This document shows, in pieces, positions 24,870 through 38,800 of a stretch of 64,000 nucleotides of DNA. Each line of letters opens with the position of its first letter. The stretch's first letter is position 1. The notes under the pieces are model-generated. The model had not been told where the DNA came from and ran no database searches. It worked only from the letters and a program-made list of their open reading frames with translations. The DNA lies in the NCBI GenBank assembly GCA_022813965.1, contig JALDZS010000135.1:1-64000 (forward strand), in the 5' to 3' direction. A program made the translations under genes and the position numbers. Source of the DNA: Toensbergia leucococca (Eukaryota).

Positions 24870-27685
24870 TCAGTCATCTAGGTCGTCATAATCCTCATTC
24901 ACGCTCATTCGTCTGGCAGCCGGTTCAAACGAAGGATCAAGTGCTGCAAGCCGCTTGTTAGGAGTCATGCAATCTCTGTCACTATCTTTGGCCCCATCAA
25001 GGTCAAATCTGTTTCGCTTGGCTGTGGCTGCATTTGTAGCAGGCTTCCGCTTCTTGCCCGAAGTAGGAGCCGTTGATGATCTAGTGGCCTTATGTCGAGG
25101 TGTTTTCTTACCAAAACTAACATCCCTGGGATCATCCGGGCTGTCGCTGCTTGAGCACTTCTCAGGGCTGCTGTCGAGAAGCCTAGACTCTGCGCGTACA
25201 CCATGATTCACATTCGCGGCCACTCGTGGTGATGACGAGCGCCCAGCTGTGATAGCCTGACATCGTGTCAATCGTTTCATCTCCCGGGAGAATGCCAGTA
25301 AACTTACCGGTTGGGTTGAAAAAACATACTTAATCTTCTCTCCAGGGTGAGGCTTATACGGAGAATCGTAATTCGGGTCTACGTCTGTTGATGTATGTAG
25401 AGGAGTTGTAGGCGTGCCACTCGTATACATGGCTGGTACGTACTGCTTTTTTGATGTGTCCATGGCTCCATTCGCAATCAAAGCCTGTGCTGCTTCCTTC
25501 GACACTGCCATTCCTTTGGTCGGGTCAATCTTTGGCTTCCTACCTCGCTTTCGGGGCGCGACCTTTGGTGCACTAGCCGTCTTCGAAGCAGATCGCTGAG
25601 TCGAGCTCTCGTTTTGAACAAAGTCAAAGCCTGCTTGCATAGCTTCCTTGCTAATTATTGAGGTCGGCAGGTTCGCGCTCACCATGTCATCATGATACCA
25701 CGGCTTCTGCTTTTGCGCCTTTGTTTTAGAGGCCGTCGGCCCTCGCTGCACTATGAGATTAGTATTTACATGATGACGTGGTGTGGTCCCCAAAACTTAC
25801 CTTCTTCATAGGAGGCTGAGGAGATTCTTTCCTCTCCGAGGTGGCATAATGATGCATATTCTGCCCCTCCACACCTTGGATCGGTCTGGTCATATCCATT
25901 CCATTCTCTACCCTAATTATGCTATTATCTTCTGGCACCCAGTCACGACCTTTCGGGCCCCATTCAGGAGCACCATATGAGGGACGACGCATCAAATGAG
26001 GCGATTCTTGCAACGAGTAATGTGAATTTCTAAACCTCGAATTTGTTGGAGACTCATATGGGGGCGGTCGAGGTATTCCTGGAGATGACTGGCTTCCGGT
26101 TGATGGGACGTACCCTGCATGAATACTTGCAAATGGTCTTGCTTGTTGGCCAGTGACAGGAGGAGTTCCATATCCAGGAGGGGTTGGGCCATTGGAGAAA
26201 TATGGCCCTATGTGGCTCAACCAAGAACTCAAGTATTGATCGTTCTCGTTTTTCCTACGTATGATATCGCCTCTTGTGGCGTTATATCGAGCAATCACTG
26301 CCTCTAGGGACTTTGGCAAGAGACTTGGATCTATGTCCCTATGGCTGATGTAACCACCCATGGGAGGCTGGAAATCTGCGCGATCTATTACCGAGGCCAC
26401 AGACAATCAGCTTCTATAACAATCGTGACCCGCTATTCAAGACAACTTACCTTGCTGGTCACGGAAGACATGGCTTGAGTCATTTAAAGCTGACTGAGAG
26501 GTAATCCTAATCGGCGACCGTGGAGCAAAAGACTGGCTATATCTTGGAGGTAGCAAAGTGTGCGTCTTCATTTGTTGCCTAGCGTTTTCTTCCTGGAATC
26601 TTGTACTCTGACCCTGCTTATGCATTCGCCACACATTCTCACGCTCTTCCAGAAGAAGTTGGTCAATTCTAAGTTGTCTAGCCCACCTCTCGTCCCTCTC
26701 TTCACCCCGCCTCTCTTGCTCTTCAGGTGTTAGATTTTTGCAAGTCATCAAGTCTAGCTCAAGTGCGGCTTTTGAGTCTTTACGGGCTGTATGATATAAA
26801 GCTTCTGCTTTCTGTGGACTAATTGGCTCTTCGCCCACAGTCCACCCAGGCGGTGTCAGCAGTCCGCCTAAGTGTCCCAGACCAGGGATGCGGTGACTGG
26901 GGCCAATCTCATCGGCACGATACTCGTACGGGTTGCCGTCCTTTAGATTATCACCGTGAAGCTCTTGAGTTTCTTCCGCTCGATCTTCCAACCTATAATC
27001 ATATGGGCGGTTTTGATAAGCTGGAGAAGGTAATGGCAATCCATGTTGGTTCTCTGCAAAACGTGCTTGCTCCAATTCAAAATTACGTGTTATGCGCTGC
27101 AAAGTCGCATCGATTGAGGGACCTGGGGCGGTCGGCAATGGCTCACGTATGCTTTGCAAAAGTGCCGATGCAAGCGGCGGACTGGTAGTTATTGGGGGAG
27201 GAAGATTGAAAAGTCCTGCCCCGAATCCTGGAGGCGGGATGCGAAGAATTCTATTGGTTGAAGCTGTCATCGAAAGAATCAGCAACGCTCACCAAGTCTG
27301 AAGTTATGAGACCACTCTGTTGATGGCATAGTAAAAGCTGAAGCTACTCGGCAAGACATTGAAGTGAATTGAAAGGGAAATAACTTACGGCCGATACCGA
27401 GACTTTCGGCTCGTAATTGGCCTCTCTTCCTTGAGCTCACGGGGCTGACTGCTTCAACGATACTGGCACTGCGGTAACAGTTGGCAATGTAAACATGAAG
27501 AGAGATACACATTGATCGACTTACGGTGGGGTATCGTAACGTTTTCTCTGATTGTCATCTCGCTTTGACGATTTCTCGCTGCTTCCCGCCGGAGTCTTGT
27601 CTGGACCGCCGCTCTCCATATGAAAGCTGTGACTGGGAGTCGGAAGCTCCTTGTCTGGATTGTCGAGATCTCCACATTCATTCAT
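24870..27685 (-). CDS. Multi-exon low-complexity hypothetical protein with a basic AT-hook-like motif
   Basis: Three long ORFs (26437-27285, 25759-26406, 24870-25793) can be joined by GTAAGT...AG introns; ATG at 27685. Contains PRKRGRKPK and is Pro/Ser rich. Confidence 0.65.
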
Positions 27686-28160
27686 GGTTACTTGTATCTT
27701 GTTGGTTGGTCTTATCTGTCGTGCTGCAAATAAAATCTCGGCTAGGGAATCGAGGCGTGTTAAGAATTGGGATGTGATTTTTGGATGAATTGTGTTGACA
27801 GACCCTCAAAGTAGTACTTTGTGGTACGAAAACATCTCAAGAATTCACAAACCCAGAATTGGACATGTAAGCCATATGGCTGTTGAGTGGTAGTGTCATG
27901 GACATTGTAGGTTGTTATCTTTCACGCAAATCCTCGAACTCAACATCAACGAATTAAGCGAAAACAACAAACTACCACATCTACAATTTGAAATGCAGAA
28001 TACATTTCGAGACTCACAACATTGATGAAGCTCATTTATTCGACATATTTGCCATACGCTTCTAACTACCATCTATGGCTATAGTCGATATGATACATAT
28101 GAGACGCCAGACGTCCCTGTAAAGAATCTGCAAATATCCCCTAGGAGATGTGATTACTAG

Positions 28161-30495
<2,335 letters not shown>

Positions 30496-33400
30496 TTTGC
30501 TGGAATTGCCTACTATAAGTGATCTAGCAATGTGTGAGAAGCTTCCTTGAGGGATCGACGGTAGTTGTACAAAGAAAAAGAGTGCTGTAGAAGGATGATG
30601 GGTTGGAGGGTTTGAAGAAGAGTGCAGCACGATCAAGGTAAATGTAAGAAACAAAAGAGTGTGGACAGACGAAAAGTGAATTAAGTCGATAACGAGGATT
30701 CTTAGAGACACCAATGGCTGCCAGATTCAACCAGGCCGTAACAGTGGCAGTGTCAATGAAAAGAGTTGGATAGATGGCAAAGCTACAGACGGAGGAATGA
30801 TAGGATCCACATTGTGGACTTACGATTACCTTACGTAGGTGCTGTGTTTGTGCTTCGTGGAGGTGAGGAAATGGGACGCGACTGATAAAGAAACCAACTT
30901 ACTTTGCAGCCTAAGGCAGACCTTCTGATACCCGATGTAATGTGGGTGAGGACAGTGTGCAGATACAGCTTGTGGTTGGCGTTGACCTTATTTGGTGATG
31001 GTCAGCAAGTTATTTGATAATTGACTTGAGAAGGTGAGAACTGAGAAGTGTGTGTGTTCTTATAGTAGGGGATGACATTCCGCACTTCGCCTATTTTTAG
31101 CAAGATACTTCACGTTGAGAGTAAGATAGGTAGGTAGGTAGGTAAGGTAAGAGACATTGATTGCATAGGCACTAGGTCTCCTAATATGATGACAGAGCAG
31201 AAGAGAACGACGACATATTGACACACGTTTACATACACTTTTTTAGATGTTCCTTTTCAATCGAAGGCAGTATGTCTTCAAGATACACAGGGGTATCCAA
31301 GCCTGCCTCCTTTTGTATTGGCGAAATTCTCAGGATCAGTTGGAATATACGACCATGCAATCATACCACGATGCACCTTCTTCGAGCCCAGTTCACAAAG
31401 ATTGGTGAGCTCTACGAGGTCGTTAGCAGAAGCTTATGACGATAAAAGAAGCTGCCATACTCCTAAAGCTATCCCAGTCAGCCCCAGCAGTGTCATCGTC
31501 GTTACCACTTCCGTCTTTGATATCGGTCTTATCAGCTCTTTCATCTTTTTCGGCCTCGTCTATGTGCTTGAATTGAGGCGTGTGATCGAGGGCGAAAATG
31601 CGTCCCATTCATCGTGGAGTCTGCAAATAATGCTCGAAAGAATTTTGAGATTCTGAGTAATCGATCAGAGATTCGTTGAAGCCTTGGATCAATCCAAGGC
31701 TGAGCTTTGGAGAGACAACAAAATCTGACAGGCCGTGTCAACTGCAGATGATGGTACCAGAGAGGGAGTAGTGGATGGAGCAATAGTGGTCGCAAAGGCG
31801 AGGCTTGAGCGCTGTTGAGGCCAAGGTCTACAAATTGTCCCCGTCCATGATAAGATGCGATGGATCCAAGGTTAAGCCTCCAAGTGGTCAACTTACGAAT
31901 TATAGTCCCAATTATCACTCCGCTACGTGACCATTGAGAAGTGCAGCAGACAGGATCTTGGAACACCAAGGTAGGTGGGGAAACACCTGCTGCAAACTCC
32001 AAGCGATCGGCCAGAGGAGTTCCAACCAAAAGTCCCCGTAAGGTATTAGAAGTTGGTCCGAAAGCTGAGGTAGATTCAAGACACTTGGGTTTATACACAG
32101 CCTGTCGGAAGAGGATTAAAGATCGCCTGAAGGTAGAAAGTTGGTCCGAAATGCTTAGGGTTATTAGAATCCCGCTAGGATATGTTCAAAATTGGTCTTG
32201 ACAAAGAGAGGGATTTAAGATACTCAGAGCTACTCAAAGCCAGTCAGAACACAACAGAAGTTGTGAGATGAATAAAGAGATTCGTTAGAGATACCCAGAG
32301 CTATCTAAAGCCTGCTAGAAAAAGATAGAAACAGGCCCGAAGGTAGAAACATTTTCGAGATTCATCCAACTATCCAAAGCTCGCGTACTTTAGTTACACC
32401 ACTTGAGAGATGACTGAGGTGAGAATCAGGGGAAGCCTGATACAAATTGGCGGATAAAAATCAGGGGGTTTTCGGACACTGTCTATGGGCCTGATTTTTG
32501 CAATGTACCACGACTATTTCGACCAGCCATCTCAGTTTGACCTCTTGTGGAGGGACCTTGTCCACGTGAAGCCCCTCTCATCGGGGTAGATTGGACTGAC
32601 ACACTATCAGGAACTGTACGAATGTGCAAAGCGGTAGAAAGTCGGGGCTGCCCCACCACACGTCGCCTTGTTGACTCACAATGCAGAACCGTGCGTTGGA
32701 CTTTACAGTGTCTTATGGCGTCGCAGACTGTGCATTCAAGGGATTGTACCGAACAGTGTTGAGGCCAGTACATGGTGTCAATGTCTGCGGCTGGGTCGCT
32801 ACAAACTTAGGGCTATGTCCTTGACTATTGTCAAGCGCTTCTATGCCCTCATCCGAGTTACCGTCATCACAAATTGCTAGACAGATTTCAGCTTTTTAAC
32901 CCTGACTGCTATCTATAATCATGAGCCGACTTACTGTTACAATCCTCAAGGATGGTTCCTGGCCTGACGGACTCCGCCTGGAACGAAGCGAATTCGGTAT
33001 GACGCTGTCGTTTTTCAGCGTCGTCGTTCGTTGTCAATGTCTCTCTTCGTTCCAGTCCTAGGTCAACCTTGTTGAACATGTCAGTACTTCTGCATACTGA
33101 TGTTATAAAGCTTGCTCGTGCGTATAGCTTGATCAGGCTTGGTGAGAGGTAACGAAGAGACAATTGAGGAAGAGAAGACCATGAAGCAAGGAGCTTGTGA
33201 AGTTATGAGGAGCTTACCATCATCGAATCCCTTGAGTGAGATGCCTCTTCCCTAGCTGGGCTTATAGCCCATGGTATGGTACCGAAAGAGCGCTGTCGTT
33301 CTTGGAGGTTCTTTGCCGAGTCGAAAAGCTATCAGCATCGTCTTGATTTGCCGCTGCCATCGCGAGATCTCTACCCGGCAGCCAAGCTTCAACCTCGGCG

Positions 33401-33799
33401 TCATTCATTCCTCGAACTTCGCAATGCAGCCGAACTTGAAAGGACTATCCATTGAATGAGCCCAAGGCAATGACTTCAATATTCACACTCGTTAATGCCG
33501 AGATTGAGTGTACACTCGACACCAGTGAAAGTCCCAATGTCCCCGGATTGTCCCCAGCGTGTGTAGCATAATCTACCTTTATAGATTGTAAGGATATCTT
33601 TTGTAGCAAGCAGTGTACCAGGAGCACGTTTGTGCGATGGCGAGTAAGCGTGCTTTCCCGCCATCGAATTTCAACTGGGACGCCAGGATGATTGGCGCAA
33701 TTTCCCCTATTCCGAATTTTATTGCCATTCGATTGGTTGAAGTTGCTGGAGCATCCAAGGTCTAAATCTCCAGCAATTGGATCGGACATGGTCGGTAGT

Positions 33800-33960
33800 T
33801 CTATGGATCGGTGGTGGCACGTCTTCTCCGGTCTCTATCATCTTCATACGCATCTTGGCAAGGTGTTCGGTGATGACTCCTCCCTAAAAGTCCTTCACTC
33901 TCCCGCCTGATCGCTTGTTCCCCAAGATCTTACCAATTTCTTTACCCGGAGGAACATGGG
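33800..33960 (-). pseudogene. Relic of a fungal hypothetical gene (possibly Myb/HTH-like)
   Basis: HVPPGKEIGKILGNK...DF*GGVITEHLAKMRMKMIETGEDVPPPIHR, with TAG at 33884-33886. It resembles a motif I recall from Pezizomycotina hypothetical proteins (IGxxMG...GAIIQHLAKLR...VPPPLRR); not verified. Confidence 0.4.
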
Positions 33961-34979
33961 GTCTTGCGTTTCTGTAAGGCTATCTTCAAGATTGCTTTTG
34001 GCTTTATGAGGACCCCAGCTTGAGAGGCGTTCTTCTGATGCGCTTGAAGTCCTCGTTGGCCTTTGGCTCTGCTTTGGCGATGTGCTCGAGGTCGTCATCA
34101 GACATGACCTTGTTGATACTTGATCTTGATTTCATGACAAGCTTGCTTACCCATAGTCTCCTCTTCTTCATCAAACACAGATTCGATCTTGACCTTTTTT
34201 GTCTTGACCCTTTCGAAGGCCTTGCCCGTGGGTTCCTCGTCGTCATTTGGATCGATACCGTCATCGACCGCTTTCTTACGGCAGCTTAGGGCCTTATGTA
34301 CTGCAAATGTACTGGATTGCAGGAGAAGCTTTTCATCCGAAGGACTTGTCTCGAATCAAGATCCCAGTCTCCAAAGCCTGGGTTGGCTGCGTCAAAGAAA
34401 CGAGCGAAATTTTGTGTTGAAATGCTCAAGAGCTACAGCTCTTGAAGGCTTATCTCTGAGTTGGCAATTTTTCATCCTGACTGGCTACAACCTCCATGAT
34501 ATCACCGTCACTATCATCGCCTCCATGTGTACCACACTCGGAGCTTGTTGGTGTTGCGTTACTAGACATTATCTCCGTCGTCAGAATTGACACCATCTTC
34601 AGCGGCGGAGTCGTTCATCGCGATTTCGCGTATAGTCTTTCTTCAGGACTAAAATTGTATGCCCTTGAGCAAATTGGTGGGCGCAAAAATAAGCTTGGGA
34701 GATCTGTCCTAGTCCAGCATGCTGCTAGTCTTTCAACTTGGCAAGGGGGACGGCGACCGAGACCGTGATCACGCTTTATGGTATTCTTCCCAGCGGCTTC
34801 TTGAAAAACTTCTGTCGACCACAGCGGCTATCAAGATATTTGCAGGTGATACTGGGATGCGTCTCATCGATCTATTCCCGCTCACAAAATCGCCGAACAA
34901 TACGTCATCCAAGTCGTGGAAGATTCTGTCTAAAACGTCTGGGCACGTTGCCCTCTTCTGCTACGACTTTCTTCCCTCC

Positions 34980-35360
34980 GCCTGATTCTTCTGCCTATCC
35001 AAAATCTCAACCCCTGGCTCCTACTCCCCAGGCATAGGCGTATACAATTCGCACATCTTCGCGTACTCCAGCGATGAGTGTCTCCACGTCCAGAGCCAAA
35101 GGCGTATGGAGTAGAATCAAGAGAGGACGAGTGGGCTCCGAGGAAAATATATCTGGGCACGCTGACTTTGCCTGATGCAACCTCACTCTAGCCTCTGCCT
35201 GATTCTTCCGCCTATTTCCTGCCCCAACCTCTAACTCTTATTTCCCGGCATAGGCGTATATCATTCGCATATCTTCGCGTACTCCAAAGATGACTGTCTC
35301 CATGTTTAGAGTCAAAGGGGTATGGAGTGGTATCAAGTGAGGACGAGTTGGCTTTGAGCA
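34980..35360. repeat. Diverged direct duplication, period about 216 bp
   Basis: 35031-35144 aligns without gaps to 35247-35360 with 18 differences in 114 nt; weaker similarity extends upstream (cctgattctt). Confidence 0.85.
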
Positions 35361-35736
35361 AAACATCGAGGCGTCCGCACTATCTCCACAACCCAGGGGT
35401 TTCCTTTCGGTCCCTGGATAATTGAAAGTCAACCATGCGCCGGCTAGGATTGTCTGTATCACAAAACCCAGAAGCTGATAAATTTTTGGATCCCGGTGGT
35501 AGATCGGGGCTGATTGTTGACGGCAATGAGCATATTAATCATACTATAAAAATATATTCAGAAAGAATAGTTGATTTCATTAAGCCGATAGTTCCTCTAA
35601 GAAGCCGGTGACAAGGCAAAGCCAACCCGCCTCTGTTGCGGGTCAAGGTCTTGTTTGAAGATGCGCGTCGGAAAAGAATTAACACGGCGTTGAAAGATGT
35701 AGTATGTCAACTTTGTGGTCCGTCTTATCTAGGATG

Positions 35737-35841
35737 GCAAATTGGTGCGCCGCAAGATGGTAGAAGTCTGGGTGATAGATTTTAAGGGCACAAGAGTGGT
35801 TCATGAAGCGCGTTGGCCCGCCCATCTTTGCCCGGCTCGAC
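35737..35841 (-). pseudogene. Degenerate SET-domain fragment resembling Clr4/DIM-5 H3K9 methyltransferase
   Basis: AKMGGPTRFMNHSC at about 35790-35831, with a post-SET-like CGAPIC at 35737-35754 in another frame. The surrounding sequence has stops and frameshifts. Confidence 0.5.
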
Positions 35842-38800
35842 GCAGTGGACGTATGTCTTTCAAACGACATTGCCCATCTCTTCTATGTCGCAAGAACTCG
35901 AACCTGTGCGACTCATTCACGCTTGTAAACGCGGAAGATTTCATGGTTGTCGACGCGGACTGCACCACAATATATATCCGGGCCAAAGGTTCTTCGGGCA
36001 GATAGGGCATTGTCCCTCGATCTCCTTTTGCTCCGCATCTCAATCACTAGTACTCTCTTCGTCGCTTTTTCCTTTTGCTGCGTTCCCCTCTTCTCTTCAT
36101 ACTCGACTTCTTGGTCGTCTTCGCTATTGTCATCTGCCGCTTGGCGGGATTTGTGATTTAGACTTTCTCCCTCTTCCCGTTTTGTACTTCTTCTTTCTAG
36201 CCCTCTTCCTCTAAAAGGTGTCTTCAATCTCTACATTGCTCAGGGGTACTTTTCTCAATCGGAAACAGCCTTATTCCTGGACTCCAGGCGACGGAAAATT
36301 GCTGGGAAGCTTGATTCCTATGATGTTTTCATCCGTAGTATCCTACACCCTTTTTTTTCGTTTTTTTCCTTGGAGAGGACCCGTTTTGATGACTTTGATC
36401 AAAGAGAAATGCTTGTCTGTAGAAAAGACAAAGTGATCGTGATAGCCTCGATAGGCGGCCGAAGGCGGCAGACTTGATCTTCTCCAATCAGTGTTTGTTG
36501 AAGCGCTTGTTGAAGAGTCAGAACTAGGTATTGTAGGTAGCTCCTGCAGGCCGATCTTCTGTCGGTGGTTCTTCCACTCGTTATTGCCGAGTGTATGAAG
36601 CCTTTATACTTTCTTTATACTAAATGGAACTGGCCCTTGTTGATAAGCCATGAGGCTATATATACGTCGGTAATTGATGAGGAGGTATGCATTGCCGTGT
36701 GGTACCGAAAACATTGTCTTTTTGTGCCTCCTCGTCGTGGTCATACTCCGATCTTGATCAGGTACGTGATGAGGGGAGCTTTTGTTGTTGAAAGATACTC
36801 GATGAGAGCGGCCCTTGTTGATGGGTCACGAAGAAGTCGTTGATAATAGATGATCCATCATGGATCATGACGAGGCTCGTGTTGCTAAGCAACGCCCATC
36901 AGCTTTGCGAGCATTGATTAGCCGCTTCTTGTCTTTAAAGAATTGAAGCATCTCCTCGTTACAAATTATGATCGACCATCGTTCGGTGGAGGAGAGCCTT
37001 GATGATGAATGATGATTAGGTTCGTGGTGGTTAATTCTGAGTGTGTGCTCGTTGGTGGTCAATGAGGAGGTACTTGTTGGTGTGTGATACTTGATGCTCC
37101 AATATCCCGAACAACGAACAGCGCGTGCGTCATCATTGCAAATCCATCGGCCTGCTTCGAGGCTTCCAGGTTCCTCAACCTTGTTCGACTGCTGATAATG
37201 ATACCAGTGGGGGCGTGGTCGACGAAGCAACTGTGGGCGTGAGTGACGGTGGTCGCTTGGTATCAAAGTCAGTTCAGAGAAGCTGTCATCAAGGTTTGGT
37301 TCACTTACCCTTCCCAGAGCTATTATAGTTTACTTTACTTTGCCCTTCAGCTATGCCAATCCGTGGGCAAGATGTATGCTTTTCAAGAACAGATACCTGT
37401 TGATGCATGCATCCATCAACGTCAGTCTAGGTAAGTTCTGTCAAGATTCTACTCACTTACTCACCCCACTGTTGTTGTACTTTATCTTCGTAAGTCTTTT
37501 TATTCAAGAGAGTTCCTATAGAAGGGACCAACTGCATTGGCTGTCAGCGCTGTTGTAGTGAAGACTGTACAGGATACTTCTCTTACATGTCTCGCAATCA
37601 AGGCACGGGCTAGAGCCAACCCGCTTGACTGCCAGATGGCTTTAGATACGGCTTCCACTCGAGCCAAGTTCCATCAGAGTCTAGCTCAATGGGCGCAAAC
37701 GTCTTGACTTCGACACAGTTGTGGTCCAGAAATGTGGACACAGTCTCCTCAAGAAAGTATGAAAGAGGTTGAAGACGAACGAAAGATGGGATCTTGTGGT
37801 TGTATCCAGTGCCTTGGTTCCAGGAGAATGGTCCAATACTTCTAAAGTCAATGTTGAAGACTCTGACGAAGTGGCCAAGGAAATGGAGTCTTCAGAATCT
37901 GTGGATAGATGTGGTATTCCGTACGAGAAGATATATAAAGAATAGGAAGTGTTCAATCTCAAATGAGATGAGCCTAAGTTGAGGATAGGAGTATTCAATG
38001 ATATATACATGCACACGTATGTATGTACATAAGATATTGAGATGCCTTTATACTAATAGATGTGGATGAGACAGTTGAATGGAGTTGAACTTGGATGTTG
38101 GAATGTGAGAGGAAGTATTTCTGGAGGGAAGTTCCACTGTTAAATAGAGGAGGATGAACACTGTCTCTCATTCATTCTCTGATACACAAGCCCCTATGAC
38201 GTTTTTTTCTCCAATTCACCCTTCAGCCCTCGCCACTCTGTCCAGTCAGGTTGATGCATTCTCTGGTGCACGAGCCCCCAGGAGCCCTCATGACGAGTTT
38301 TCCATCAAATTCACAGCTGAGCCTGCCACCATCCTCACCTGTTGGGAAGCGTGAAGTCTGGAGGTGTTGAGAGTCAGAATGAATAGGGGAATGGTGATCG
38401 AGATCCCAGGGTGAACATGAGAATGGTGATCGAGATGCCGGAATAAACCTATGTTCTATTGCTCCGTGTGGGATGACGGTGACTGTATGTACAACTAGGA
38501 AATCTGCTATGTGGGTCCTGCAAAGGGGTGTGTTGTACTTCGTCTTCAGCTGTGAGACTTTCAGACAAAGCCGTGAAAATCTTACCCTCAGAGACATCCA
38601 CATTGAGCTACAGGCTTAGGAGGTCATGAACTGATCAATACCAGTAAGTGGCTGAACTCTCTAGAGCTAAATTTGTACTCTACTGAATGACCATGATGTT
38701 CAGACACAGCTTTCAGACATTTGCTACCACGATCCGAGTAGCCCCTGATCGAAGCCCGCCTCTTCCTCAAGCATCATAGATGCCATGAAATGGTTTATTG

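Noticed and set aside
32040..32350. Short degenerate repeats (gaaggtagaaa, gttggtccgaaa, cagagcta) as a CRISPR-like array
   Set aside because: Repeats are irregular in sequence and spacing, the context is eukaryotic, and there are no cas genes.
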